Virus record (IMG/VR): IMGVR_UViG_2877794441_000003
Coordinates: 2,815-66,814 of that record
Source: a virus
Taxonomy: Duplodnaviria > Caudoviricetes
Direction: 5' to 3' (one strand)
Length of the DNA: 64,000 nucleotides
Under the pieces are notes generated by a model. It worked only from the letters and a program-made list of their open reading frames with translations, was not told the origin of the DNA and did no database searches. Position numbers and translations under genes: made by a program. This document shows positions 53,743 through 62,732 of the stretch, piece by piece; the stretch's first letter is position 1; each line of letters opens with the position of its first letter.

Positions 53743-53776
53743 CTGCTATTCCTGCTATTAGTAGCAGGAATAGCAG
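53743..53776. repeat. Perfect 15-bp inverted repeat
   Basis: CTGCTATTCCTGCTA-TTAG-TAGCAGGAATAGCAG. Confidence 0.85.
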
Positions 53777-53862
53777 TCTTGCTTGCCGTTCAGATCCCTT
53801 CCGTCCTTCGGAACCCAGTCGCCCCATAGCCAGGAAAAACGTTGACTCTCAGTCAGAACGAC

Positions 53863-54309
53863 TCAGGGGGCCACTGATTGCCGGTCGATCCACAACTGCA
53901 GTAAGGCTTTTCCAGGCCCAGTGGGATGACGTCGCCCCTGCTCCCAGTCCTGCAGCGTGCGAGCGCTGACCCCCAAATGCGCAGCGAGCTCTTGCTGGGT
54001 TAGCCTCAAGCGTTGGCGCAAGCAACATGCAAGCCTGATGATGCTTGAGTCTGGCGTGACTCCGTGACACATCTTTGGCCGTTTATGCGGGAAGATCTCC
54101 GAGACTTCGAAATTAGACGAAGCAGCTCCAGCTAAAGGTAATGTGTAATTTGACTCCGGCGCTGTATTTACCCTCGCATGCCATGGGAGAGGAGCAGCCC
54201 GGACAGATGGAGATGAACTCTCCGGTTCATACCGAAGCTCCTGGCACTGTTGTTCATACTCAGGATGTTCGGCAAGAAATTTACGACGCCAATAATCGCT
54301 GTAGCTCAT
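53863..54309 (-). CDS. XRE-family HTH protein
   Basis: C-terminal LTQQELAAHLGVSARTLQDWEQGRRHP. Confidence 0.75.
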   Translation of the reverse strand: MSYSDYWRRKFLAEHPEYEQQCQELRYEPESSSPSVRAAPLPWHARVNTAPESNYTLPLAGAASSNFEVSEIFPHKRPKMCHGVTPDSSIIRLACCLRQRLRLTQQELAAHLGVSARTLQDWEQGRRHPTGPGKALLQLWIDRQSVAP

Positions 54310-54391
54310 ACGAAAGACTCCTATCTAGTGAGTTATAGTGCGGCAATGCCGGACCATACAATAGGTAAATTGAACAGGTATGCCGCAGCAC

Positions 54392-55084
54392 TCAGATTCG
54401 GCTGGTAGTGAACACAGCAAAGCCTTGCCCTAACTCTTGCGCCTTGCTGTACGTCTTGCACAAGTAGCTCATAGCGTAGACAACCGGCCTGAGCGAGTCA
54501 GGAAAGCGTCGATCCAAGCACTGGTAAACCCGCCCACTTAGTTTGTCTTGGCAGGCATGTACTAGCCCTGACATCTCGTATTCAGAACAACCAATTGCCC
54601 AGGCCCAAGCACGCACGACGCGATGAAACAAGTTGTTCCTACTATAAGTACCGTCGTCGCTAGGCCCGTAGTTACCTAGGCCCCCGATGGCGTCGTAGTT
54701 GAGCAGCAACATGACGTGGTAATGCGGTGCTTGACTGCTGTTACGCTCTCGACACCAGATGTAGCGGATATCAGTCGTGTACTTTGTACTCGCCCAGGTC
54801 AGCTCTTTACTTAGATGGTAGAAGAAGCGACTCATCACCTCATTGCTGACGAGCGCATCTGACGGCATCAGGCCGACGGGGTAACGCAAGTCTACCCTAC
54901 AGACCAAGGTACGGGCCTGTACCGAGAGACAGCTTTGCAAAGTTTCAAGTCCACGCTCCAGGTAGTTTTCAATCAAAGGGCCGTGTGTCAGCTGCTGCTG
55001 CACAGCGAAACCACGATACTCGTTGCCGTAGTGTAGTTTGAGTTTAGTATTGATTGGGTGACGCTTCGGTTGATGATGAAACAT
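54392..55084 (-). CDS. Inovirus Gp2 family (HUH endonuclease-like) protein
   Basis: CRVDLRYP, YIWCRE, PHYHVMLLLN (HUH) and SYLCKT (catalytic Tyr-like) motifs. Confidence 0.8.
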   Translation of the reverse strand: MFHHQPKRHPINTKLKLHYGNEYRGFAVQQQLTHGPLIENYLERGLETLQSCLSVQARTLVCRVDLRYPVGLMPSDALVSNEVMSRFFYHLSKELTWASTKYTTDIRYIWCRERNSSQAPHYHVMLLLNYDAIGGLGNYGPSDDGTYSRNNLFHRVVRAWAWAIGCSEYEMSGLVHACQDKLSGRVYQCLDRRFPDSLRPVVYAMSYLCKTYSKAQELGQGFAVFTTSRI

Positions 55085-55781
55085 AGTTAATTTCCTGTCG
55101 GCCGTATATGGAGGACTCACCGGCAGGCACACGGGACCAGGTGCACTCAAGCACCTTGTTTCGACTTATACGCCTGGACTATCAACACGTTGACTTGCAG
55201 TCAACACTGCACATTGCTCCTGCAATTTATGGCAGATCTGTATTGCAAACAAATAACATGATAGCGCTCTATTGGTGAACGATATCTATTACGGTAGAAT
55301 CCATAGCAACCACATTAATTACTGGTTACTGCATCGATACTTATTAGACGCATACTACTTAAACCGTAACAGTAGCGATGCCGCACATGCAAAAAACCCA
55401 AGGAATAGACCTCATTAGAAACCCACCCCCAGGATAACAGCAAGAAAACTCAAACAATAAAACCCAAAAAGATTCCATTTTCATTAAAAGCAAAAGCCGT
55501 ATGAGCCGACAGGCGTGTGCCGCCTGCAAAATTAAGTCATGTAGACACCTCATACCACCAACACGTAAAAACTTACGACACTGCCGTATTAATGTCACCA
55601 CGAGGACTTTAAAGGGCAGTTATAAACGGCTCTGCCGTACATAGACGATCCGATACGAGCTGAATCAAAAAAATCTCAGATCTATATCACCTCTGTGAAC
55701 GCCCCACAGTATCAAATGCCGTCGGGAATTTGGCGTGCCAGCTCTTGGCTAAGCACGCTCATCACTTGAGAGGATCTGGAT

Positions 55782-56111
55782 ATGTATACCCCTTGCCCAA
55801 GCTGCAATTCGGGACGAATCATCACGAAAAATATCGGTAAACAAACAGGCGGATTAATCGGTGCTGCAGGCGGTGCCGCCAGTGGTGCTGCCGGTGCCCT
55901 ATCGGGCGCCGAAGCCGGCGCGCTACTGGGAGTTGTCGGTGGGCCGGTGGGCATTGCTATCGGCAGCATCGCCGGGGCGATTTTGGGTGGCCTGTTTGGC
56001 GGGGTCGCGGGCGGCATTGCCGGGGCCACGCTGGGTGAGCAGCTCGATGACAAGATCCTGGCTAATTATCAATGCCTGGTGTGTGGCTACAGCTTCAGCG
56101 TCAACCGTTAA
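55782..56111 (+). CDS. Glycine-zipper membrane protein flanked by CxxC motifs
   Basis: CPSC ... GxxxG-rich hydrophobic hairpin ... CLVC. Confidence 0.7.
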   Translation: MYTPCPSCNSGRIITKNIGKQTGGLIGAAGGAASGAAGALSGAEAGALLGVVGGPVGIAIGSIAGAILGGLFGGVAGGIAGATLGEQLDDKILANYQCLVCGYSFSVNR

Positions 56112-56182
56112 GCCGTTGTGAACAGGCGTCGCTTGTTGATGAAACGACGCTATTTCCCACTTCTTCGTAAGGAATAATTCTC

Positions 56183-57151
56183 ATGGCTCATCTCGTTGAA
56201 CAAATGGCTTACGTTGGCGCTACCCCTTGGCATGGCCTGGGTAACCACCTGCCCCGCAAACAACCTATTGAGGTCTGGCAGCGTGAAGCCGGCATGGACT
56301 GGCAGATTCTGGAAAGCCCAGTCCACTTCAAGTCGGACGCGGTCGGCCACCTGGGTGCCATACACTCCTTCCCTAAGCAGAAGGTGCTCTACCGTTCCGA
56401 CAGCAAGGCTCCTCTGTCGGTGGTCTCGCAGCGCTATCACACGGTGCAACCGCGAGAGGTTCTGGAGTTCTACCGCGATCTCACCGAAGTCTCCGGCTAC
56501 GAGTTGGAAACGGCCGGCGTGCTCAAGGGCGGGCGCAAGTTCTGGGCACTGGCGCGTACCGGGCAAGGTACAGAGCTGAAGGACAACGACCAGGTCAACG
56601 GCTACCTCCTGCTGGCCACCTCCTGTGATGGCACCTTGGCCACCACAGCAACGCCAACCACCGTCCGCGTGGTGTGCAACAACACCCTGACCATCGCCCT
56701 GGATGGCAGCAGTCGCGCCATCAAAGTACCGCACAACACTCGCTTTGACCCAAAGACAGTGAAGAGGCAACTGGGCATCGCCGTCTCGCAATGGGACGAG
56801 TTTATGTACCGCATGCGCGCACTGTCCGAGCGCAAGGTGCAGTGGCATGAGGCATTGGGTTACTTCATGAACGTGATGTGTGAAACCAGCCCGACCGGCG
56901 CTCTGCCGGAGCAACTGCCCAACGAGCGCGCCCTACGCAAGGTCCAGGAACTGTACGAGGGCCGCGGTCGCGGCAGCCAACTGGACTCAGCACGCGGCAC
57001 TGCTTGGGGCCTGCTCAATGCCGTGACCGAGTACGTCGACCACGAGCGCCGTGCCCGCAGTAACGAGTACCGCCTGGACTCGGCATGGTTCGGTCAGGGA
57101 GCACAGATCAAACAACGCGCCCTGGATGCCGCTCTGCAACTCGCCGCCTAA
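56183..57151 (+). CDS. DUF932 (phage/plasmid-like TIGR03299) protein
   Basis: PWHGLGN, ETAGVLKGGRKFWALA, VRVVCNNTL and GTAWGLLNAVTEY motifs. Confidence 0.88.
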   Translation: MAHLVEQMAYVGATPWHGLGNHLPRKQPIEVWQREAGMDWQILESPVHFKSDAVGHLGAIHSFPKQKVLYRSDSKAPLSVVSQRYHTVQPREVLEFYRDLTEVSGYELETAGVLKGGRKFWALARTGQGTELKDNDQVNGYLLLATSCDGTLATTATPTTVRVVCNNTLTIALDGSSRAIKVPHNTRFDPKTVKRQLGIAVSQWDEFMYRMRALSERKVQWHEALGYFMNVMCETSPTGALPEQLPNERALRKVQELYEGRGRGSQLDSARGTAWGLLNAVTEYVDHERRARSNEYRLDSAWFGQGAQIKQRALDAALQLAA

Positions 57152-57173
57152 CCCTTACTTACCTCACCCCTTG

Positions 57174-57207
57174 CGCCCGGTCAGCCATGTGCTGGTCGGG
57201 CGTTTTT
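57174..57207 (+). terminator. Terminator after DUF932 gene
   Basis: CGCCCGGTCAGC...GCTGGTCGGGCG plus T5. Confidence 0.55.
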
Positions 57208-57226
57208 ATACCAGCAGGTAAAAACG

Positions 57227-58231
57227 ATGAAAGCAACGTCATTGAATAGCAGCACCTGCCAGAAACGCCCCGCCCTGCGCCTGGTCAGCACCAAGGAGCT
57301 GCCCCGCGAGGACTGGTTGCAGATCCGCAAGCAAGGCATCGGCAGTTCGGATGCTGCCGCTGCGGTGGGTCTGAATCCCTACAAATCGCAGCTGGAGCTA
57401 TGGCTGGAGAAGACCGGTCGCGATGCCAGCATGCCCAAGGTCGATCCTCACGATGAGGAAAGCCCGCTGTACTGGGGCAATGTGCTGGAGCCTATCGTGG
57501 CCTGGCATTACAGCAAGCGCAGCCTGCACAAGGTCCGACGGATCAACGCGGTGCTGCAGCATCCCGATCCGGCGCTGCCCTGGATGCTCGCCAATATCGA
57601 CCGCGAGGTGATCGGTACCGACGATGTGCAGATCCTAGAGTGCAAGACTGCCGGCATAAACGGGGCACGCCTCTGGAAAGAGGGCGTGCCCGAATATGTG
57701 CAACTGCAAGTCATGCACCAGCTTGCAGTTACTGGCAAACATGCCGCTGATGTGGCGGTGCTGCTCGGTGGCCAGCATCTGGAAATCCATCGCATCACAC
57801 GCGACGAGGAGCTGATTACGCGGCTGATTGACCTAGAACGGCTGTTCTGGGACTACGTCGTCAGTGACACCCCGCCACCGGCCGATGGCACAGCGTCTGC
57901 GGAAGCGGCTTTGCGCTGCCTCTATCCCGAGGATAACGGACAGACCCTGGACTTCAGCCAGCACACGGAACTGTCCAGCACCTTTCTTGAACTCAAATCT
58001 GTTCGTCAGAACATTGCTCAGCAAGAAACACGTGAGGCACAGCTTAAGCAAGTTCTGCAGCAGGCCTTGGGGGAAGCCACCCGTGCAGAGTTTGCCGAGG
58101 GCTACATCAGCTGGAAGCAGTCCAAGGACAGTATTGGTCTGGATGTCGAACAGATGCTCAAAGACAAGCCGTACCTGCAGGCCCGCTATCCCAAGACCAA
58201 CGCAGGCAGCCGTCGCTTCCTGATCGGCTGA
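57227..58231 (+). CDS. YqaJ-like viral recombinase exonuclease
   Basis: RKQGIGSSD, WGNVLEP, ANIDR, LECKT and QVMHQL motifs. Confidence 0.9.
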   Translation: MKATSLNSSTCQKRPALRLVSTKELPREDWLQIRKQGIGSSDAAAAVGLNPYKSQLELWLEKTGRDASMPKVDPHDEESPLYWGNVLEPIVAWHYSKRSLHKVRRINAVLQHPDPALPWMLANIDREVIGTDDVQILECKTAGINGARLWKEGVPEYVQLQVMHQLAVTGKHAADVAVLLGGQHLEIHRITRDEELITRLIDLERLFWDYVVSDTPPPADGTASAEAALRCLYPEDNGQTLDFSQHTELSSTFLELKSVRQNIAQQETREAQLKQVLQQALGEATRAEFAEGYISWKQSKDSIGLDVEQMLKDKPYLQARYPKTNAGSRRFLIG

Positions 58232-58248
58232 AACCGTCTGCTCACCCT

Positions 58249-58282
58249 AGCCACCGGACCGTTCACGTCCCGGTGGCTTTTT
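58249..58282 (+). terminator. Terminator after yqaJ-like gene
   Basis: AGCCACCGG...CCGGTGGCT plus T run. Confidence 0.6.
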
Positions 58283-58307
58283 TATTTTCAGATCAAGGAG
58301 CACCACC

Positions 58308-59222
58308 ATGCTCAAAGGTTTAGCCATCACTCCGCCGGTACTCGGGCGCATTTCCATCGGTAAGGTCGTCGAGAAAAACGGCAAGCGTCTGCCTGAGAAA
58401 GATGATCAGTTCACCATCACCTCGCAAGTCCAGAGCCGTGACGGCTGGTTAATGCATCCACTCAATGAGGAACTGCGCAATGGCCAGGATGGCAAGCTAC
58501 GCAGCATTCCCATCCGATTGCTGTTCAACGAACCGGACCTCAACTTTCGCGCGGACTACAGCCTGTTCGACCGTACCACCGGCAGGCCGTTGTGCGTCGG
58601 CAACGGTGAAACGTGTAAGCGCTTGACCAAGGACGGCATCCAGTCGCTGCCCTGCCCTTCACCTGATGGCTGCTCACTGGCCCAAGGCAATGCCTGCAAG
58701 CCTTACGGTCGGCTGAACGTGGTGATTGGCGATGACGACCCACTGGGCAGTTTTGTGTTCCGCACCACCGGATTCAACAGCATTCGCACCCTAGCAGCGC
58801 GTCTGCATTACCTGCAAGCCATCTCTGGCAATCGCCTGGCCTGTCTGCCCCTGGAGCTGCGTCTGCGCGGTAAATCCACGCGGCAGAGCCATGGCACGCC
58901 GATCTTCTACGTCGATATCACAGTGCGCAGTGGACTGCCCCTAGAAGACGCCTTGCTCGCCGCCAAGCAACTGGGGGAAGCCCGACAAGCCTCGGGCTTT
59001 GACCAAAGCGCCTTGGACCACGCGGCCCGACAGGGTTTTAACAATGGAGCCTTTGAAGACAGCGAGGAGGACACCGGCGCCATTGTCGAAGAGTTCTTTC
59101 CCTCTACTGAAGACCCACCCAGCAACGCAGCCCCCCAGCTGACAGCGTCTTCAAAGCCCTCACTGGCTCAGAAGTTGGAGACTCAGTCTATCGGGCACAG
59201 CACGAGGCCTTCAGTCCAATAA
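58308..59222 (+). CDS. Conserved hypothetical protein of YqaJ cassettes (putative recombination partner)
   Basis: MLKGLAITPPVLGRISIG, LCVGNGETC and FRTTGFNSIR motifs; always-adjacent synteny recalled, not computed. Confidence 0.65.
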   Translation: MLKGLAITPPVLGRISIGKVVEKNGKRLPEKDDQFTITSQVQSRDGWLMHPLNEELRNGQDGKLRSIPIRLLFNEPDLNFRADYSLFDRTTGRPLCVGNGETCKRLTKDGIQSLPCPSPDGCSLAQGNACKPYGRLNVVIGDDDPLGSFVFRTTGFNSIRTLAARLHYLQAISGNRLACLPLELRLRGKSTRQSHGTPIFYVDITVRSGLPLEDALLAAKQLGEARQASGFDQSALDHAARQGFNNGAFEDSEEDTGAIVEEFFPSTEDPPSNAAPQLTASSKPSLAQKLETQSIGHSTRPSVQ

Positions 59223-59267
59223 CGCTTTTTTCAACCTCCCCAGCATGCCTCGTCCAGGAGTACCGTC

Positions 59268-59765
59268 ATGAAATATCACAAGCTCAAAGCCGGTGAAGCG
59301 AGCGGCACCTACGTCATGGAATCACCCGTCACCGAAGCCGACATCCTGCAGATGGCGCAACAACTGGCCATGAGTCGCCTATCTAAAGGCCGGGCCCTGA
59401 CTGAGCCGAAGCAGGTCTTCAGCCACCTGCAAACACTGTTGCAGTACCATGAGTATGAGGTCTTCGCTCTGCTGCTGCTCGATTCCAAACACCGGATTAT
59501 AGGCTTTAGAGAGCTGTTCAGAGGCACCCTGGATGGGGCTAGCGTGTACCCGCAAGAAGTGGTCAAGATCGCCTTGGAACACAACGCCGCGGCCCTCATT
59601 ATGATTCACAATGATCCCTCCGGAGACCCGGAGCCCAGCCAAGCGGATCGCACGCTTACCACCGTCCTCAAAAACGCTTTAGACATGGTCGGCACCCGAA
59701 TATTGGATCATGTGGTGGTGGGTCATAAAGGCTGCGTGTCATTGGTCGAACAGAGCTATCTATAG
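59268..59765 (+). CDS. radC: RadC / JAB domain protein
   Basis: EVFALLLLDSKHR, GTLDGASVYP, HNDPSGDPEPSQAD and ILDHVVVG. Confidence 0.88.
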   Translation: MKYHKLKAGEASGTYVMESPVTEADILQMAQQLAMSRLSKGRALTEPKQVFSHLQTLLQYHEYEVFALLLLDSKHRIIGFRELFRGTLDGASVYPQEVVKIALEHNAAALIMIHNDPSGDPEPSQADRTLTTVLKNALDMVGTRILDHVVVGHKGCVSLVEQSYL

Positions 59766-60102
59766 AAACCTTCTTTATCATTCTCCATTCATCCGATGGC
59801 CTGCACCAGACCTTGGTCGGTGTGGCCCATCGACATCAGTTGCTGCCGCTTCAGGAGAGGTGTCATAAGCATCATTCACCTTTCTTTTTTTTGCTATTTG
59901 CCTTGTCGGCATTCTAGCAGCCTGTGCTGCCGCCGGGCTTATAGGGGGGGTCATACTTCGCACTCTGCTACTGATTGCCCTGCTGCTAGCCCGCTGGATG
60001 TTCGGTAGGCTAGAGAAATGCCTGACAATGTCGCCTCAGTGCTGCACTTATCCTAACAGCAGACCTGGGCGGGAGATTTTCGCCGCCGCCCCGGTTTGTC
60101 CT

Positions 60103-60771
60103 TTATTTTACTAAGCTGAGTTCGGACTTTGGCTCATCTGGTGTGATCCAGCGGACTTCGATGCGGCGCTGCTGGGCGTCCTCCGGCGCGATACCGGGTA
60201 TGGGCTGTGAGTCACCATAACCGGCCACCACCACACGTCTCGCCGTAGCAGGATCGAGATTACCAACGATCAGCTTGCGCGCTTCACGAGCACGAGCGGC
60301 GGAGAGAGTGAAGTTGTCGTCGTAGACCGTACAATTGGCTTCGAAGTTGGTCACTGGACGCAGCACCGGTAGGTTGTCGGTATGGCCTTCTATGTAGACC
60401 TGAGCACCACGGAACTGCGCCAGAAACTGCGTGACCGCCGCTTCGATGCTTTGGAAGGCTTCGCGGGACTGTTCAGTGATGCAGGCACTGCCGCGACCGA
60501 ATACACCGTCGCGCAACGTCAGCTTCTGCGCCTCCAGGTCCAGTGCCACCAGGCCGGCACCGGCGGTGCCTTTGAGCGAGTCCTGCAAGGCCCCGAGCAA
60601 GTGCTCGACCTTCTGCCGCTGGCTGGCACTGCTCTGGGCCTGTTCCTGTTGGTACTTGAGGTCCGAGTAACTCTTCTGTAGCACCGCCATCACCAACAGC
60701 AACATGACCACTGCCATGACTCCGGCCATCAGGTCGGCAATTGACACCCATTCATTCGGTTTGTCTTTCAT
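60103..60771 (-). CDS. zorB: ZorB/MotB-like protein (TM Asp + OmpA-like peptidoglycan-binding domain)
   Basis: WVSIADLMAGVMAVVMLLLV TM with conserved Asp; IEGHTD, NFTLSAARA, GYGDSQP and RRIEV OmpA-like motifs. Confidence 0.75.
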   Translation of the reverse strand: MKDKPNEWVSIADLMAGVMAVVMLLLVMAVLQKSYSDLKYQQEQAQSSASQRQKVEHLLGALQDSLKGTAGAGLVALDLEAQKLTLRDGVFGRGSACITEQSREAFQSIEAAVTQFLAQFRGAQVYIEGHTDNLPVLRPVTNFEANCTVYDDNFTLSAARAREARKLIVGNLDPATARRVVVAGYGDSQPIPGIAPEDAQQRRIEVRWITPDEPKSELSLVK

Positions 60772-60782
60772 CGCCCGTCACC

Positions 60783-62732
60783 TCACAAGGCCGTTTCGAT
60801 CTGCACCGCAGTCGGCTGCGCACGGTCGAGGACATGGAGCTGGGCAATGATCTCGCGAAGTGACTGGCTAATCTCACCGCCGGTGTGGCGCTGCTGGTTG
60901 TGCTGGACAACGTTGCTCAGCACTTCCAGGTTCTGATCGATCTCTTGCAGACTGCGACCGATCATGTCGACCCGCGCGGCCAGTGCATCCACAGCAGGTT
61001 GCAGCGGGCTGCTGTGTTGCATCGTCATCAGCTGTGCGACCAGCCCCTTGATTTCGCTGGCGGCCAGCTCGGCCTGTTGAGTGACCCCTTCGTAGCGACT
61101 GTCGAGGGCGACCATGCGCCGGCCGCTTTCGGAAACGGCCTTGAGGCCCGAGAGGATTTTTTCACGCAGGTCGCCCACCAGGTGGGTCATGCCTTCGACG
61201 TTGACTTGCAGGGTTTCACTGGAACCCTGGAAGCTGGCATGGGCATTACGTTGCAGGTTCAGCGATTCCTCGTTGGACTTCTTCATGCCCTCCATGGTCT
61301 GGCCTACGTTGTTCGACAGGCTGTTGACCGCCGAGGAAATGCCCAGCGTGGCTTCGGACAGGCTGGCGGACATCTGCGTCATGTTGTCGGTGAAGCTGCT
61401 GCCCATCAGGCCAATGGTCTCGCCCAGGTCTTGCTTGAGATGACCCAGCACGCCGGCGACACCCTCCTTGAAGTCAGCAATGGCTTGCTGCAGGTCACCT
61501 GCCGAGGCGCCGATGGTGCCCGCGGCGCTGGCCATCTGTTCAGCCGCGCCGGAAATGGCTGCAAGGTTGCGGCTGTTACTGTCGATCAAGTGTTCCATGG
61601 CCTGGCGCGTGGCTCGACCATCTTCAAGCTGTTGCTGGTTCTGCTCGCCGTGCTCCTGCAGTCGGGCATCGATGGCGCCCAGTGCAGTCAGCGTCTTCTC
61701 GCCGGTGCTGTTCAACGTGTGCAGCGCCGGGAGGGCACTTGCCAGTGTCTTGCCGCTCGCTTGCTGGGCCTGCAGGACGTCCTGCCGGACCTGGTTGCCG
61801 GCCTGGGCTTCCTGTACCAGGGCTTGCCTGGTCTGGTTGCCGGCCTGGGTTTCCTCTACCAGGGCCTGCCTGATCTGGTTTGCGGCCAACTGATCCTTCT
61901 GCAGTTTCTGCAGATTCTGATTGCCAGTCTGTTGCTCCTGCAGCAGCCCCTGCAACGTCTGGTTGCCGGCTTGCTGTTCCTCCAGCGACGCTTTCAGGGG
62001 CAGCAGCAAGGCGTCGATGCTGGAGCGGTTGTCCGCGAGCGCCTGCTGGGTCGTGGCGGCGTAGTGCTTGAACAGGCGTGCCTGCAGCTCCAGCAACTGC
62101 CGTTGACTCTCGTTCTGAGCGGCAAGGTTCTGATCAAGCCGGCCCAAGGTTTCGAGCAGCGTCGCCTGCGCTTGCTGGCGTTCGCCCTGGCGTTGCAGGC
62201 GGCTGCTGTCGAAGGCCTGCTTCATCTGCCCGACACACCAGCGCAGGCGCCGCTCTTCGTATCCGTTGCTGGCGGCATAGGCTTTGAGCAGCAGGAAGGC
62301 GAGGATGCCCCAGGTCGAGGTCTTAAACTTGGTACCCAGGCCTTCCATCATGCCCATGAGGTTGGTCATGGCATTGTCCATGCCGCCCCCGGCACTGGCT
62401 TCGACCAGAATCGTCGAGGCCTTGTTCAAAGCGATGCCCAGGCCCAGGAAGGTACCCAGCAGGCCGAGGATCAACAGGATCCCGGGCATGAACTCGATCA
62501 TTTTTTCGCCGGGGCTGGCCACCGCGGCACTGATCTCGTTCACTGAGCCGTGCTCCACGTCCAGGTCGTCCTGGCCGCCGCCGTTCCACTTGCGTTCCCA
62601 GGTCTGTTCCCGTGCCCCGCGCTTCAACGCAATCACGGTCACCAGCGAAAGGATTCCGATCAGCCCGGCGAACAACAGTTGTAGCGGGTCTGCTGATGGC
62701 AGCAGAAAGGTGAGGATCTCCTGAAAATTCAC
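60783..62732 (-). CDS. zorA: ZorA/MotA-like protein with long cytoplasmic helical tail
   Basis: Three TMs including PGILLILGLLGTFLGLGIAL and KFKTSTWGILAF, then ~500-aa Gln/Ala/Leu-rich tail; directly upstream of MotB-like gene. Confidence 0.72.
   Translation of the reverse strand: MNFQEILTFLLPSADPLQLLFAGLIGILSLVTVIALKRGAREQTWERKWNGGGQDDLDVEHGSVNEISAAVASPGEKMIEFMPGILLILGLLGTFLGLGIALNKASTILVEASAGGGMDNAMTNLMGMMEGLGTKFKTSTWGILAFLLLKAYAASNGYEERRLRWCVGQMKQAFDSSRLQRQGERQQAQATLLETLGRLDQNLAAQNESQRQLLELQARLFKHYAATTQQALADNRSSIDALLLPLKASLEEQQAGNQTLQGLLQEQQTGNQNLQKLQKDQLAANQIRQALVEETQAGNQTRQALVQEAQAGNQVRQDVLQAQQASGKTLASALPALHTLNSTGEKTLTALGAIDARLQEHGEQNQQQLEDGRATRQAMEHLIDSNSRNLAAISGAAEQMASAAGTIGASAGDLQQAIADFKEGVAGVLGHLKQDLGETIGLMGSSFTDNMTQMSASLSEATLGISSAVNSLSNNVGQTMEGMKKSNEESLNLQRNAHASFQGSSETLQVNVEGMTHLVGDLREKILSGLKAVSESGRRMVALDSRYEGVTQQAELAASEIKGLVAQLMTMQHSSPLQPAVDALAARVDMIGRSLQEIDQNLEVLSNVVQHNQQRHTGGEISQSLREIIAQLHVLDRAQPTAVQIETAL
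61731..61982 (-). repeat. Six 42-bp (14-aa) repeats in ZorA-like tail
   Basis: EEQQAGNQTLQGLL/QEQQTGNQNLQKLQ/KDQLAANQIRQALV/EETQAGNQTRQALV/QEAQAGNQVRQDVL/QAQQASGKTLASAL. Confidence 0.75.

Noticed and set aside
55150-55780. Coding potential of the AT-rich gap (80-aa and 113-aa ORFs)
   Set aside because: No RBS or recognisable composition; more likely a divergent promoter region (short palindromes such as GTTGACT-TGC-AGTCAAC near 55190).
59766-60102. zorC/zorD/zorE or another effector downstream of the zorB-like gene
   Set aside because: Only ~340 bp before the convergent radC stop, with no credible minus-strand ORF.
60885-62546. 553-aa plus-strand ORF
   Set aside because: Antisense shadow of the ZorA-like gene; typical GC3-driven open frame.
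60103-62732. Ordinary flagellar MotAB or ExbBD/TolQR pair
   Set aside because: The A subunit has a ~500-aa tail not seen in those families, there are no flagellar or TonB genes nearby, and it sits in island cargo.
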